Assembly (NCBI RefSeq): GCF_009914755.1
Contig: NC_060938.1
Reading direction: 5' to 3' (one strand)
Origin: the human T2T-CHM13v2.0 reference genome, Homo sapiens
DNA length: 64,000 nucleotides
How positions within the stretch are numbered: position 1 is the first letter of the stretch; every line of letters starts with the position of its first letter. The translations under genes and the position numbers were made by a program. Positions 12,341 to 24,700 of the stretch are shown one piece after another. The notes under the pieces are model-generated. The model saw nothing but the letters and a program-made list of their open reading frames with translations, searched no databases and had not been told where the DNA came from.

Positions 12341-15300
12341 GAGTCGGGGTCAGAGGAATAGAAAGGGATAGGGCTGAAGAACACAGGTCGCTGCATTTAG
12401 AAAGGAGGCGGGGTCAGAGGAATAGAAAGGGACAGGGCTGAAGAACAGAGGTCGCTGCATTTAGAAAGGAGGCGGGGTCAGAGGAATAGAAAGGGACAGG
12501 GCTGAAGAACACAGGTCGCTGCATTTAGAAAGGAGGCGGGGTCAGAGGAATAGAAAGGGATAGGGCTGAAGAACACAGGTCGCTGCATTTAGAAAGGAGG
12601 CGGGGTCAGAGGAATAGAAAGGGATAGGGCTGAAGAACAGATGTCGCTGCATTTAGAAAGGAGGCGGAGTCAGAGGAATAGAAAGGGATAGGGCTGAAGA
12701 ACAGAGGTCGCTGCATTTAGAAAGGAGGCGGGGTCAGAGGAATAGAAAGGGATAGGACTGAAGAACAGAGGTCGCTGCATTTAGAAAGGAGGCGGGGTCA
12801 GAGGAATAGAAAGGGATAGGGCTGAAGAACAGAGGTCGCTGCATTTAGAAAGGAGGCGGGGTCAGAGGAATAGAAAGGGATAGGACTGAAGAACAGAGGT
12901 CGCTGCATTTAGAAAGGAGGCGGGGTCAGAGGAATAGAAAGGGATAGGGCTGAAGAACAGAGGTCGCTGCATTTAGAAAGGAGGCGGGGTCAGAGGAATA
13001 GAAAGGGATAGGCCTGAAGAACAGAGGTCGCTCCATTTAGAAAGGAGGCGGGGTCAGAGGAATAGAAAGGGATAGGGCTGAAGAACACAGGTCGCAGCAT
13101 TTAGAAAGGAGGCTGGGTCAGAGGAATAGAAAGGGATAGGCCTGAAGAACAGAGGTCGCTGCATTTAGAAAGGAGGCGGGGTCAGAGGAAAAGAAAGGGA
13201 CAGGGCTGAAGAACACAGGTCGCTGCATTTAGAAAGGAGGCGGGGTCAGAGGAATAGAAAGGGACAGGGCTGAAGAACACAGGTCGCTGCATTTAGAAAG
13301 GAGGCGGGGTCAGAGGAATAGAAAGGGACAGGGCTGAAGAACACAGGTCGCTGCATTTAGAAAGGAGGCGGGGTCAGAGGAATAGAAAGGGACAGGGCTG
13401 AAGAACACAGGTCGCTGCATTTAGAAAGGAGGCGGGGTCAGAGGAATAGAAAGGGATAGGGCTGAAGAACACAGGTCGCTGCATTTAGAAAGGAGGCGGG
13501 GTCAGAGGAATAGAAAGGGATAGGGCTGAAGAACAGAGGTCGCTGCATTTAGAAAGGAGGCGGGGTCAGAGGAATAGAAAGGGATAGGGCTGAAGAACAC
13601 AGGTCGCTGCATTTAGAAAGGAGGCGGGGTCAGAGGAATAGAAAGGGACAGGGCTGAAGAACACAGGTCGCTGCATTTAGAAAGGAGGCGGGGTCAGAGG
13701 AATAGAAAGGGATAGGGCTGAAGAACACAGGTCGCTGCATTTAGAAAGGAGGCGGGGTCAGAGGAATAGAAAGGGACAGGGCTGAAGAACAGAGGTCGCT
13801 GCATTTAGAAAGGAGGCGGGGTCAGAGGAATAGAAAGGGACAGGGCTGAAGAACACAGGTCGCTGCATTTAGAAAGGAGGCGGGGTCAGAGGAATAGAAA
13901 GGGACAGGGCTGAAGAACAGAGGTCGCTGCATTTAGAAAGGAGGCGGGGTTAGAGGAATAGAAAGGGACAGGGCTGAAGAACACAGGTCGCTGCATTTAG
14001 AAAGGAGGCGGGGTCAGAGGAATAGAAAGGGATAGGGCTGAAGAACAGAGGTCGTTGCATTTAGAAAGGAGGCGGGGTCAGAGGAATAGAAAGGGATAGG
14101 GCTGAAGAACACAGGTCGCTGCATTTAGAAAGGAGGCGGGGTCAGAGGAATAGAAAGGGACAGGGCTGAAGAACACAGGTCGCTGCATTTAGAAAGGAGG
14201 CGGGGTCAGAGGAATAGAAAGGGATAGGGATGAAGAACACAGGTCGCTGCATTTAGAAAGGAGGCGGGGTCAGAGGAATAGAAACGGATAGGGCTGAAGA
14301 ACAGAGGTCGCTGCATTTAGAAAGGAGGCGGGGTCAGAGGAATAGAAAGGGATAGGACTGAAGAACAGAGGTCGCTGTATTTAGAAAGGAGGCGGGGTCA
14401 GAGGAATAGAAAGGGATAGGGCTGAAGAACACAGGTCGCTGCATTTAGAAAGGAGGCGGGGTCAGAGGAATAGAAAGGGATAGGGATGAAGAACACAGGT
14501 CGCTGCATTTAGAAAGGAGGCGGGGTCAGAGGAATAGAAAGGGACAGGGCTGAAGAACACAGGTCGCTGCATTTAGAAAGGAGGCGGGGTCAGAGGAATA
14601 GAAAGGGACAGGGCTGAAGAACACAGGTCGCTGCATTTAGAAAGGAGGCGGGGTCAGAGGAATAGAAAGGGATAGGGCTGAAGAACACAGGTCGCTGCAT
14701 TTAGAAAGGAGGCGGGGTCAGAGGAATAGAAAGGGACAGGGCTGAAGAACACAGGTCGCTGCATTTAGAAAGGAGGCGGGGTCAGAGGAATAGAAAGGGA
14801 CAGGGCTGAAGAACACAGGTCGCTGCATTTAGAAAGGAGGCGGGGTCAGAGGAATAGAAAGGGACAGGGCTGAAGAACACAGGTCGCTGCATTTAGAAAG
14901 GAGGCGGGGTCAGAGGAATAGAAAGGGACAGGGCTGAAGAACACAGGTCGCTGCATTTAGAAAGGAGGCGGGGTCAGAGGAATAGAAAGGGATAGGGCTG
15001 AAGAACACAGGTCGCTGCATTTAGAAAGGAGGCGGGGTCAGAGGAATAGAAAGGGACAGGGCTGAAGAACAGAGGTCGCTGCATTTAGAAAGGAGGCGGG
15101 GTCAGAGGAAGAGAAAGGGATAGGGCTGAAGAACACAGGTCGCTGCATTTAGAAAGGAGGCGGGGTCAGAGGAATAGAAAGGGATAGGACTGAAGAACAC
15201 AGGTCGCTGCATTTAGAAAGGAGGCGGGGTCAGAGGAATAGAAAGGGATAGGGCTGAAGAACACAGGTCGCTGCATTTAGAAAGGAGGCGGGGTCAGAGG

Positions 15301-18300
15301 AATAGAAAGGGATAGGCCTGAAGAACACAGGTCGCTGCATTTAGAAAGGAGGCGGGGTCAGAGGAATAGAAAGTGATAGGGCTGAAGAACAGAGGTCGCT
15401 GCATTTAGAAAGGAGGCGGGGTCAGAGGAATAGAAAGGGACAGGGCTGAAGAACACAGGTCGCTGCATTTAGAAAGGAGGCGGGGTCAGAGGAATAGAAA
15501 GGGATAGGGCTGAAGAACACAGGTCGCTGCATTTAGAAAGGAGGCGGGGTCAGAGGAATAGAAAGGGACAGGGCTGAAGAACAGAGGTCGCTGCATTTAG
15601 AAAGGAGGCGGGGTCAGAGGAATAGAAAGGGACAGGGCTGAAGAACACAGGTCGCTGCATTTAGAAAGGAGGCGGGGTCAGAGGAATAGAAAGGGATAGG
15701 GCTGAAGAACACAGGTCGCTGCATTTAGAAAGGAGGCGGGGTCAGAGGAATAGAAAGGGATAGGGCTGAAGAACAGAGGTCGCTGCATTTAGAAAGGAGG
15801 CGGGGTCAGAGGAATAGAAAGGGATAGGGCTGAAGAACAGAGGTCGCTGCATTTAGAAAGGAGGCGGGGTCAGAGGAATAGAAAGGGATAGGGCTGAAGA
15901 ACAGAGGTCGCTGCATTTAGAAAGGAGGCGGGGTCAGAGGAATAGAAAGGGACAGGGCTGAAGAACACAGGTCGCTGCATTTAGAAAGGAGGCGGGGTCA
16001 GAGGAATAGAAAGGGATAGGGCTGAAGAACAGTGGTCGCTGCATTTAGAAAGGAGGCGGGGTCAGAGGAATAGAAAGGGATAGGGCTGAAGAACAGAGGT
16101 CGCTGCATTTAGAAAGGAGGCGGGGTCAGAGGAATAGAAAGGGACAGGGCTGAAGAACACAGGTCGCTGCATTTAGAAAGGAGGCGGGGTCAGAGGAATA
16201 GAAAGGGATAGGGCTGAAGAACAGAGGTCGCTGCATTTAGAAAGGAGGCGGGGTCAGAGGAATAGAAAGGGATAGGGCTGAAGAACAGAGGTCGCTGCAT
16301 TTAGAAAGGAGGCGGGGTCAGAGGAATAGAAAGGGACAGGGCTGAAGAACACAGGTCGCTGCATTTAGAAAGGAGGCGGGGTCAGAGGAATAGAAAGGGA
16401 TAGGGCTGAAGAACAGAGGTCGCTGCATTTAGAAAGGAGGCGGGGTCAGAGGAATAGAAAGGGATAGGGCTGAAGAACACAGGTCGCTGCATTTAGAAAG
16501 GAGGCGGGGTCAGAGGAATAGAAAGGGACAGGGCTGAAGAACACAGGTCGCTGCATTTAGAAAGGAGGCGGGGTCAGAGGAATAGAAAGGGATAGGCCTG
16601 AAGAACACAGGTCGCTGCATTTAGAAAGGAGGCGGGGTCAGAGGAATAGAAAGGGATAGGGGTGAAGAACAGAGGTCACTGCATTTAGAAAGGAGGCGGG
16701 GTTAGAGGAATAGAAAGGGACAGGGCTGAAGAACACAGGTCGCTGCATTTAGAAAGGAGGCGGGGTCAGAGGAATAGAAAGGGACAGGGCTGAAGAACAC
16801 AGGTCGCTGCATTTAGAAAGGAGGCGGGGTCAGAGGAATAGAAAGGGATAAGGATGAAGAACACAGGTCGCTGCATTTAGAAAGGAGGCTGGGTCAGAGG
16901 AATAGAAAGGGATAGGGCTGAAGAACACAGGTCGCTGCATTTAGAAAGGAGGCGGGGTCAGAGGAATAGAAAGGGATAGGCCTGAAGAACACAGGTCGCT
17001 GCATTTAGAAAGGAGGCGGGGTCAGAGGAATAGAAAGGGATAGGGGTGAAGAACAGAGGTCACTGCATTTAGAAAGGAGGCGGGGTTAGAGGAATAGAAA
17101 GGGACAGGGCTGAAGAACACAGGTCGCTGCATTTAGAAAGGAGGCGGGGTCAGAGGAATAGAAAGGGACAGGGCTGAAGAACACAGGTCGCTGCATTTAG
17201 AAAGGAGGCGGGGTCAGAGGAATAGAAAGGGACAGGGCTGAAGAACACAGGTCGCTGCATTTAGAAAGGAGGCGGGGTCAGAGGAATAGAAAGGGACAGG
17301 GCTGAAGAACACAGGTCGCTGCATTTAGAAAGGAGGCGGGGTCAGAGGAATAGAAAGGGACAGGGCTGAAGAACACAGGTCGCTGCATTGAGAAAGGAGG
17401 CGGGGTCAGAGGAATAGAAAGGGACAGGGCTGAAGAACACAGGTCGCTGCATTTAGAAAGGAGGCGGGGTCAGAGGAATAGAAAGGGACAGGGCTGAAGA
17501 ACAGAGGTCGCTGCATTTAGAAAGGAGGCGGGGTCAGAGGAATAGAAAGGGATAGGCCTGAAGAACAGAGGTCGCTGCATTTAGAAAGGAGGCGGGGTCA
17601 GAGGAATAGAAAGGGATAGGGATGAAGAACACAGGTCGCTGCATTTAGAAAGGAGGCGGGGTCAGAGGAATAGAAAGGGATAGGGCTGAAGAACACAGGT
17701 CGCTGCATTTAGAAAGGAGGCGGGGTCAGAGGAATAGAAAGGGATAGGGATGAAGAACACAGGTCGCTGCATTTAGAAAGGAGGCGGGGTCAGAGGAATA
17801 GAAAGGGACAGGGCCTGAAGAACAGAGGTCGCTGCATTTAGAAAGGAGGGGGGGTCAGAGGAATAGAAAGGGATAGGACTGAAGAACAGAGGTCGCTGTA
17901 TTTAGAAAGGAGGCGGGGTCAGAGGAATAGAAAGGGACAGGGCTGAAGAACACAGGTCGCTGCATTTAGAAAGGAGGCGGGGTCAGAGGAATAGAAAGGG
18001 ATAGGGCTGAAGAACACAGGTCGCTGCATTTAGAAAGGAGGCGGGGTCAGAGGAATAGAAAGGGACAGGGCTGAAGAACAGAGGTCGCTGCATTTAGAAA
18101 GGAGGCGGGGTCAGAGGAATAGAAAGGGACAGGGCTGAAGAACACAGGTCGCTGCATTTAGAAAGGAGGCGGGGTCAGAGGAATAGAAAGGGACAGGGCT
18201 GAAGAACACAGGTCGCTGCATTTAGAAAGGAGGCGGGGTCAGAGGAATAGAAACGGATAGGGCTGAAGAACAGAGGTCGCTGCATTTAGAAAGGAGGCGG

Positions 18301-19149
18301 GGTCAGAGGAATAGAAAGGGACAGGGCTGAAGAACACAGGTCGCTGCATTTAGAAAGGAGGCGGGGTCAGAGGAATAGAAAGGGACAGGGCTGAAGAACA
18401 CAGGTCGCTGCATTTAGAAAGGAGGCGGGGTCAGAGGAATAGAAAGGGATAGGGCTGAAGAACACAGGTCGCTGCATTTAGAAAGGAGGCGGGGTCAGAG
18501 GAATAGAAAGGGATAGGCCTGAAGAACACAGGTCGCTGCATTTAGAAAGGAGGCGGGGTCAGAGGAATAGAAAGGGATAAGGCTGAAGAACACAGGTCGC
18601 TGCATTTAGAAAGGAGGCGGGGTCAGAGGAATAGAAAGGGATAGGGCTGAAGAACACAGGTCGCTGCATTTAGAAAGGAGGCGGGGTCAGAGGAATAGAA
18701 AGGGATAGGCCTGAAGAACACAGGTCGCTGCATTTAGAAAGGAGGCGGGGTCAGAGGAATAGAAAGGGACAGGGCTGAAGAACACAGGTCGCTGCATTTA
18801 GAAAGGAGGCGGGGTTAGAGGAATAGAAAGGGACAGGGCTGAAGAACACAGGTCGCTGCATTTAGAAAGGAGGCGGGGTCAGAGGAATAGAAAGGGACAG
18901 GGCTGAAGAACACAGGTCGCTGCATTTAGAAAGGAGGCGGGGTCAGAGGAATAGAAAGGGATAGGGCTGAAGAACACAGGTCGCTGCATTTAGAAAGGAG
19001 GCGGGGTCAGAGGAATAGAAAGGGATAGGGCTGAAGAACACAGGTCGCTGCATTTAGAAAGGAGGCGGGGTCAGAGGAATAGAAAGGGACAGGGCTGAAG
19101 AACACAGGTCGCTGCATTTAGAAAGGAGGCGGGGTCAGAGGAATAGAAA

Positions 19150-21700
19150 GGGACAGGGCTGAAGAACACAGGTCGCTGCATTTAGAAAGGAGGCGGGGTC
19201 AGAGGAATAGAAAGGGATAGGGCTGAAGAACAGAGGTCGCTGCATTTAGAAAGGAGGCGGGGTCAGTAGAATAGAAAGGGACAGGACAGAAGAACACAGG
19301 TCGCTGCATTTAGAAAGGAGGCGGGGTCAGAGGAATAGAAAGGGATAGGGCTGAAGAACAGAGGTCGCTGCATTTAGAAAGGAGGCGGGGTCAGAGGAAT
19401 AGAAAGGGATGGGGCTGAAGAACAGAGGTCGCTGCATTTAGAAAGGAGGCGGGGTCAGAGGAATAGAAAGGGATAGGGGTGAAGAACAGAGGTCACTGCA
19501 TTTAGAAAGGAGGCGGGGTTAGAGGAATAGAAAGGGACAGGGCTGAAGAACACAGGTCGCTGCATTTAGAAAGGAGGCGGGGTCAGAGGAATAGAAAGGG
19601 ATAGGGGTGAAGAACAGAGGTCACTGCATTTAGAAAGGAGGCGGGGTTAGAGGAATAGAAAGGGACAGGGCTGAAGAACACAGGTCGCTGCATTTAGAAA
19701 GGAGGCGGGGTCAGAGGAATAGAAAGGGATAGGGCTGAAGAACAGAGGTCGCTGCATTTAGAAAGGAGGCGGGGTCAGAGGAATAGAAAGGGATAGGGCT
19801 GAAGAACACAGGTCGCTGCATTTAGAAAGGAGGCGGGGTCAGAGGAATAGAAAGGGACAGGGCTGAAGAACACAGGTCGCTGCATTTAGAAAGGAGGCGG
19901 GGTCAGAGGAATAGAAAGGGATAGGCCTGAAGAACAGAGGTCGCTGCATTTAGAAAGGAGGCGGGGTCAGAGGAATAGAAAGGGATAGGGATGAAGAACA
20001 CAGGTCGCTGCATTTAGAAAGGAGGCGGGGTCAGAGGAATAGAAAGGGATAGGGCTGAAGAACACAGGTCGCTGCATTTAGAAAGGAGGCGGGGTCAGAG
20101 GAATAGAAAGGGATAGGGATGAAGAACAGAGGTCGCTGCATTTAGAAAGGAGGCGGGGTCAGAGGAATAGAAAGGGATAGGCCTGAAGAACAGAGGTCGC
20201 TGCATTTAGAAAGGAGGCGGGGTCAGAGGAATAGAAAGGGACAGGGCTGAAGAACACAGGTCGCTGCATTTAGAAAGGAGGCGGGGTCAGAGGAATAGAA
20301 AGGGATAGGGCTGAAGAACACAGGTCGCTGCATTTAGAAAGGAGGCGGGGTCAGAGGAATAGAAAGGGATAGGGCTGAAGAACACAGGTCGCTGCATTTA
20401 GAAAGGAGGCGGGGTCAGAGGAATAGAAAGGGACAGGGCTGAAGAACACAGGTCGCTGCATTTAGAAAGGAGGCGGGGTCAGAGGAATAGAAAGGGATAG
20501 GGCTGAAGAACACAGGTCGCTGCATTTAGAAAGGAGGCGGGGTCAGAGGAATAGAAAGGGATAGGGCTGAAGAACAGAGGTCGCTGCATTTAGAAAGGAG
20601 GCGGGGTCAGTAGAATAGAAAGGGACAGGACAGAAGAACACAGGTCGCTGCATTTAGAAAGGAGGCGGGGTCAGAGGAATAGAAAGGGATAGGGCTGAAG
20701 AACAGAGGTCGCTGCATTTAGAAAGGAGGCGGGGTCAGAGGAATAGAAAGGGATAGGGGTGAAGAACAGAGGTCACTGCATTTAGAAAGGAGGCGGGGTT
20801 AGAGGAATAGAAAGGGACAGGGCTGAAGAACACAGGTCGCTGCATTTAGAAAGGAGGCGGGGTCAGAGGAATAGAAAGGGATAGGGGTGAAGAACAGAGG
20901 TCACTGCATTTAGAAAGGAGGCGGGGTTAGAGGAATAGAAAGGGACAGGGCTGAAGAACACAGGTCGCTGCATTTAGAAAGGAGGCGGGGTCAGAGGAAT
21001 AGAAAGGGATAGGGCTGAAGAACAGAGGTCGCTGCATTTAGAAAGGAGGCGGGGTCAGAGGAATAGAAAGGGATAGGGCTGAAGAACACAGGTCGCTGCA
21101 TTTAGAAAGGAGGCGGGGTCAGAGGAATAGAAAGGGACAGGGCTGAAGAACACAGGTCGCTGCATTTAGAAAGGAGGCGGGGTCAGAGGAATAGAAAGGG
21201 ATAGGCCTGAAGAACAGAGGTCGCTGCATTTAGAAAGGAGGCGGGGTCAGAGGAATAGAAAGGGATAGGGATGAAGAACACAGGTCGCTGCATTTAGAAA
21301 GGAGGCGGGGTCAGAGGAATAGAAAGGGATAGGGCTGAAGAACACAGGTCGCTGCATTTAGAAAGGAGGCGGGGTCAGAGGAATAGAAAGGGATAGGGAT
21401 GAAGAACAGAGGTCGCTGCATTTAGAAAGGAGGCGGGGTCAGAGGAATAGAAAGGGATAGGCCTGAAGAACAGAGGTCGCTGCATTTAGAAAGGAGGCGG
21501 GGTCAGAGGAATAGAAAGGGACAGGGCTGAAGAACACAGGTCGCTGCATTTAGAAAGGAGGCGGGGTCAGAGGAATAGAAAGGGATAGGGCTGAACAACA
21601 CAGGTCGCTGCATTTAGAAAGGAGGCGGGGTCAGAGGAATAGAAAGGGATAGGGCTGAAGAACACAGGTCGCTGCATTTAGAAAGGAGGCGGGGTCAGAG
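19150..21700 (+). repeat. Tandem duplication of a 20-21-monomer block
   Basis: CAGTAGA variant at 19267 and 20611 (offset 1344 = 21x64). Paired GGGGTG...GTCACT monomers at ~19479/19607 and ~20759/20887 (offset 1280 = 20x64), so one monomer differs between the copies. Confidence 0.85.
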
Positions 21701-24700
21701 GAATAGAAAGGGATAGGGCTGAAGAACACAGGTCGCTGCATTTAGAAAGGAGGCGGGGTCAGAGGAATAGAAAGGGACAGGGCTGAAGAACACAGGTCGC
21801 TGCATTTAGAAAGGAGGCGGGGTCAGAGGAATAGAAAGGGATAGGACTGAAGAACACAGGTCGCTGCATTTAGAAAGGAGGCGGGGTCAGAGGAATAGAA
21901 AGGGACAGGGCTGAAGAACACAGGTCGCTGCATTTAGAAAGGAGGCGGGGTCAGAGGAATAGAAAGGGATAGGCCTGAAGAACACAGGTCGCTGCATTTA
22001 GAAAGGAGGCGGGGTCAGAGGAATAGAAAGGGATAGGGCTGAAGAACACAGGTCGCTGCATTTAGAAAGGAGGCGGGGTCAGAGGAATAGAAAGGGACAG
22101 GGCTGAAGAACACAGGTCGCTGCATTTAGAAAGGAGGCGGGGTCAGTAGAATAGAAAGGGACAGGACAGAAGAACACAGGTCGCTGCATTTAGAAAGGAG
22201 GCGGGGTCAGAGGAATAGAAAGGGACAGGGCTGAAGAACAGAGGTCGCTGCATTTAGAAATGAGGCGGGGTCAGAGGAATAGAAAGGGACAGGGCTGAAG
22301 AACACAGGTCGCTGCATTTAGAAAGGAGGCGGGGTCAGAGGAATAGAAAGGGACAGGGCTGAAGAACAGAGGTCGCTGCATTTAGAAATGAGGCGGGGTC
22401 AGAGGAATAGAAAGGGACAGGACTGAAGAACACAGGTCGCTTCATTTAGAAAGGAGGCGGGGTCAGAGGAATAGAAACGGACAGGGCTGAAGAACACAGG
22501 TCGCTGCATTTAGAAAAGAGGCGGGGTCAGAGGAATAGAAAGGGACAGGGCTGAAGAACAGAGGTCGCTGCATTTAGAAATGAGGCGGGGTCAGAGGAAT
22601 AGAAAGGGACAGGGCTGAAGAACACAGGTCGCTGCATTTAGAAAGGAGGCGGGGTCAGAGGAATAGAAAGGGACAGGGCTGAAGAACACAGGTCGCTGCA
22701 TTTAGAAAGGAGGCGGGGTCAGAGGAATAGAAAGGGACAGGGCTGAAGAACACAGGTCGCTGCATTTAGAAAGGAGGCGGGGTCAGAGGAATAGAAAGGG
22801 ACAGGGCTGAAGAACACAGGTCGCTGCATTTAGAAAGGAGGCGGGGTCAGAGGAATAGAAAGGGACAGGGCTGAAGAACACAGGTCGCTGCATTTAGAAA
22901 GGAGGCGGGGTCAGAGGAATAGAAAGGGATAGGACTGAAGAACACAGGTCGCTGCATTTAGAAAGGAGGCGGGGTCAGAGGAATAGAAAGGGATAGGCCT
23001 GAAGAACACAGGTCGCTGCATTTAGAAAGGAGGCGGGGTCAGAGGAATAGAAAGGGATAGGGCTGAAGAACAGAGGTCGCTGCATTTAGAAAGGAGGCGG
23101 GGTCAGAGGAATAGAAAGGGATAGGGATGAAGAACAGAGGTCGCTGCATTTAGAAAGGAGGCGGGGTCAGAGGAATAGAAAGGGATAGGCCTGAAGAACA
23201 GAGGTCGCTGCATTTAGAAAGGAGGCGGGGTCAGAGGAATAGAAAGGGACAGGGCTGAAGAACACAGGTCGCTGCATTTAGAAAGGAGGCGGGGTCAGAG
23301 GAATAGAAAGGGACAGGGCTGAAGAACACAGGTCGCTGCATTTAGAAAGGAGGCGGGGTCAGAGGAATAGAAAGGGACAGGGCTGAAGAACAGAGGTCGC
23401 TGCATTTAGAAAGGAGGCGGGGTCAGAGGAATAGAAAGGGATAGGGCTGAAGAACACAGGTCGCTGCATTTAGAAAGGAGGCGGGGTCAGAGGAATAGAA
23501 AGGGATAGGGCTGAAGAACACAGGTCGCTGCATTTAGAAAGGAGGCGGGGTCAGAGGAATAGAAAGGGATAGGGCTGAAGAACACAGGTCGCTGCATTTA
23601 GAAAGGAGGCGGGGTCAGAGGAATAGAAAGGGATAGGCCTGAAGAACACAGGTCGCTGCATTTAGAAAGGAGGCGGGGTCAGAGGAATAGAAAGGGATAG
23701 GGCTGAAGAACAGAGGTCGCTGCATTTAGAAAGGAGGCGGGGTCAGAGGAATAGAAAGGGACAGGGCTGAAGAACACAGGTCGCTGCATTTAGAAAGGAG
23801 GCGGGGTCAGAGGAATAGAAAGGGACGGGGCTGAAGAACACAGGTCGCTGCATTTAGAAAGGAGGCGGGGTCAGAGGAATAGAAAGGGATAGGGCTGAAG
23901 AACAGAGGTCGCTGCATTTAGAAAGGAGGCGGGGTCAGAGGAATAGAAAGGGATAGGCCTGAAGAACAGAGGTCGCTGCATTTAGAAAGGAGGCGGGGTT
24001 AGAGGAATAGAAAGGGACAGGGCTGAAGAACACAGGTCGCTGCATTTAGAAAGGAGGCGGGGTCAGAGGAATAGAAAGGGATAGGGCTGAAGAACAGAGG
24101 TCGCTGCATTTAGAAAGGAGGCGGGGTCAGAGGAATAGAAAGGGATAGGGCTGAAGAACACATGTCGCTGCATTTAGAAAGGAGGCGGGGTCAGAGGAAT
24201 AGAAAGGGATAGGACTGAAGAACACAGGTCGCTGCATTTAGAAAGGAGGCGGGGTCAGAGGAATAGAAAGGGACAGGGCTGAAGAACAGAGGTCGCTGCA
24301 TTTAGAAAGGAGGCGGGGTCAGAGGAATAGAAAGGGACAGGGCTGAAGAACACAGGTCGCTGCATTTAGAAAGGAGTCGGGGTCAGAGGAATAGAAAGGG
24401 ATAGGGCTGAAGAACACAGGTCGCTGCATTTAGAAAGGAGGCGGGGTCAGAGGAATAGAAAGGGACAGGGCTGAAGAACAGAGGTCGCTGCATTTAGAAA
24501 GGAGGCGGGGTCAGAGGAATAGAAAGGGACAGGGCTGAAGAACACAGGTCGCTGCATTTAGAAAGGAGGCGGGGTCAGAGGAATAGAAAGGGATAGGGCT
24601 GAAGAACACAGGTCGCTGCATTTAGAAAGGAGGCGGGGTCAGAGGAATAGAAAGGGATAGGGCTGAAGAACAGAGGTCGCTGCATTTAGAAAGGAGGCGG

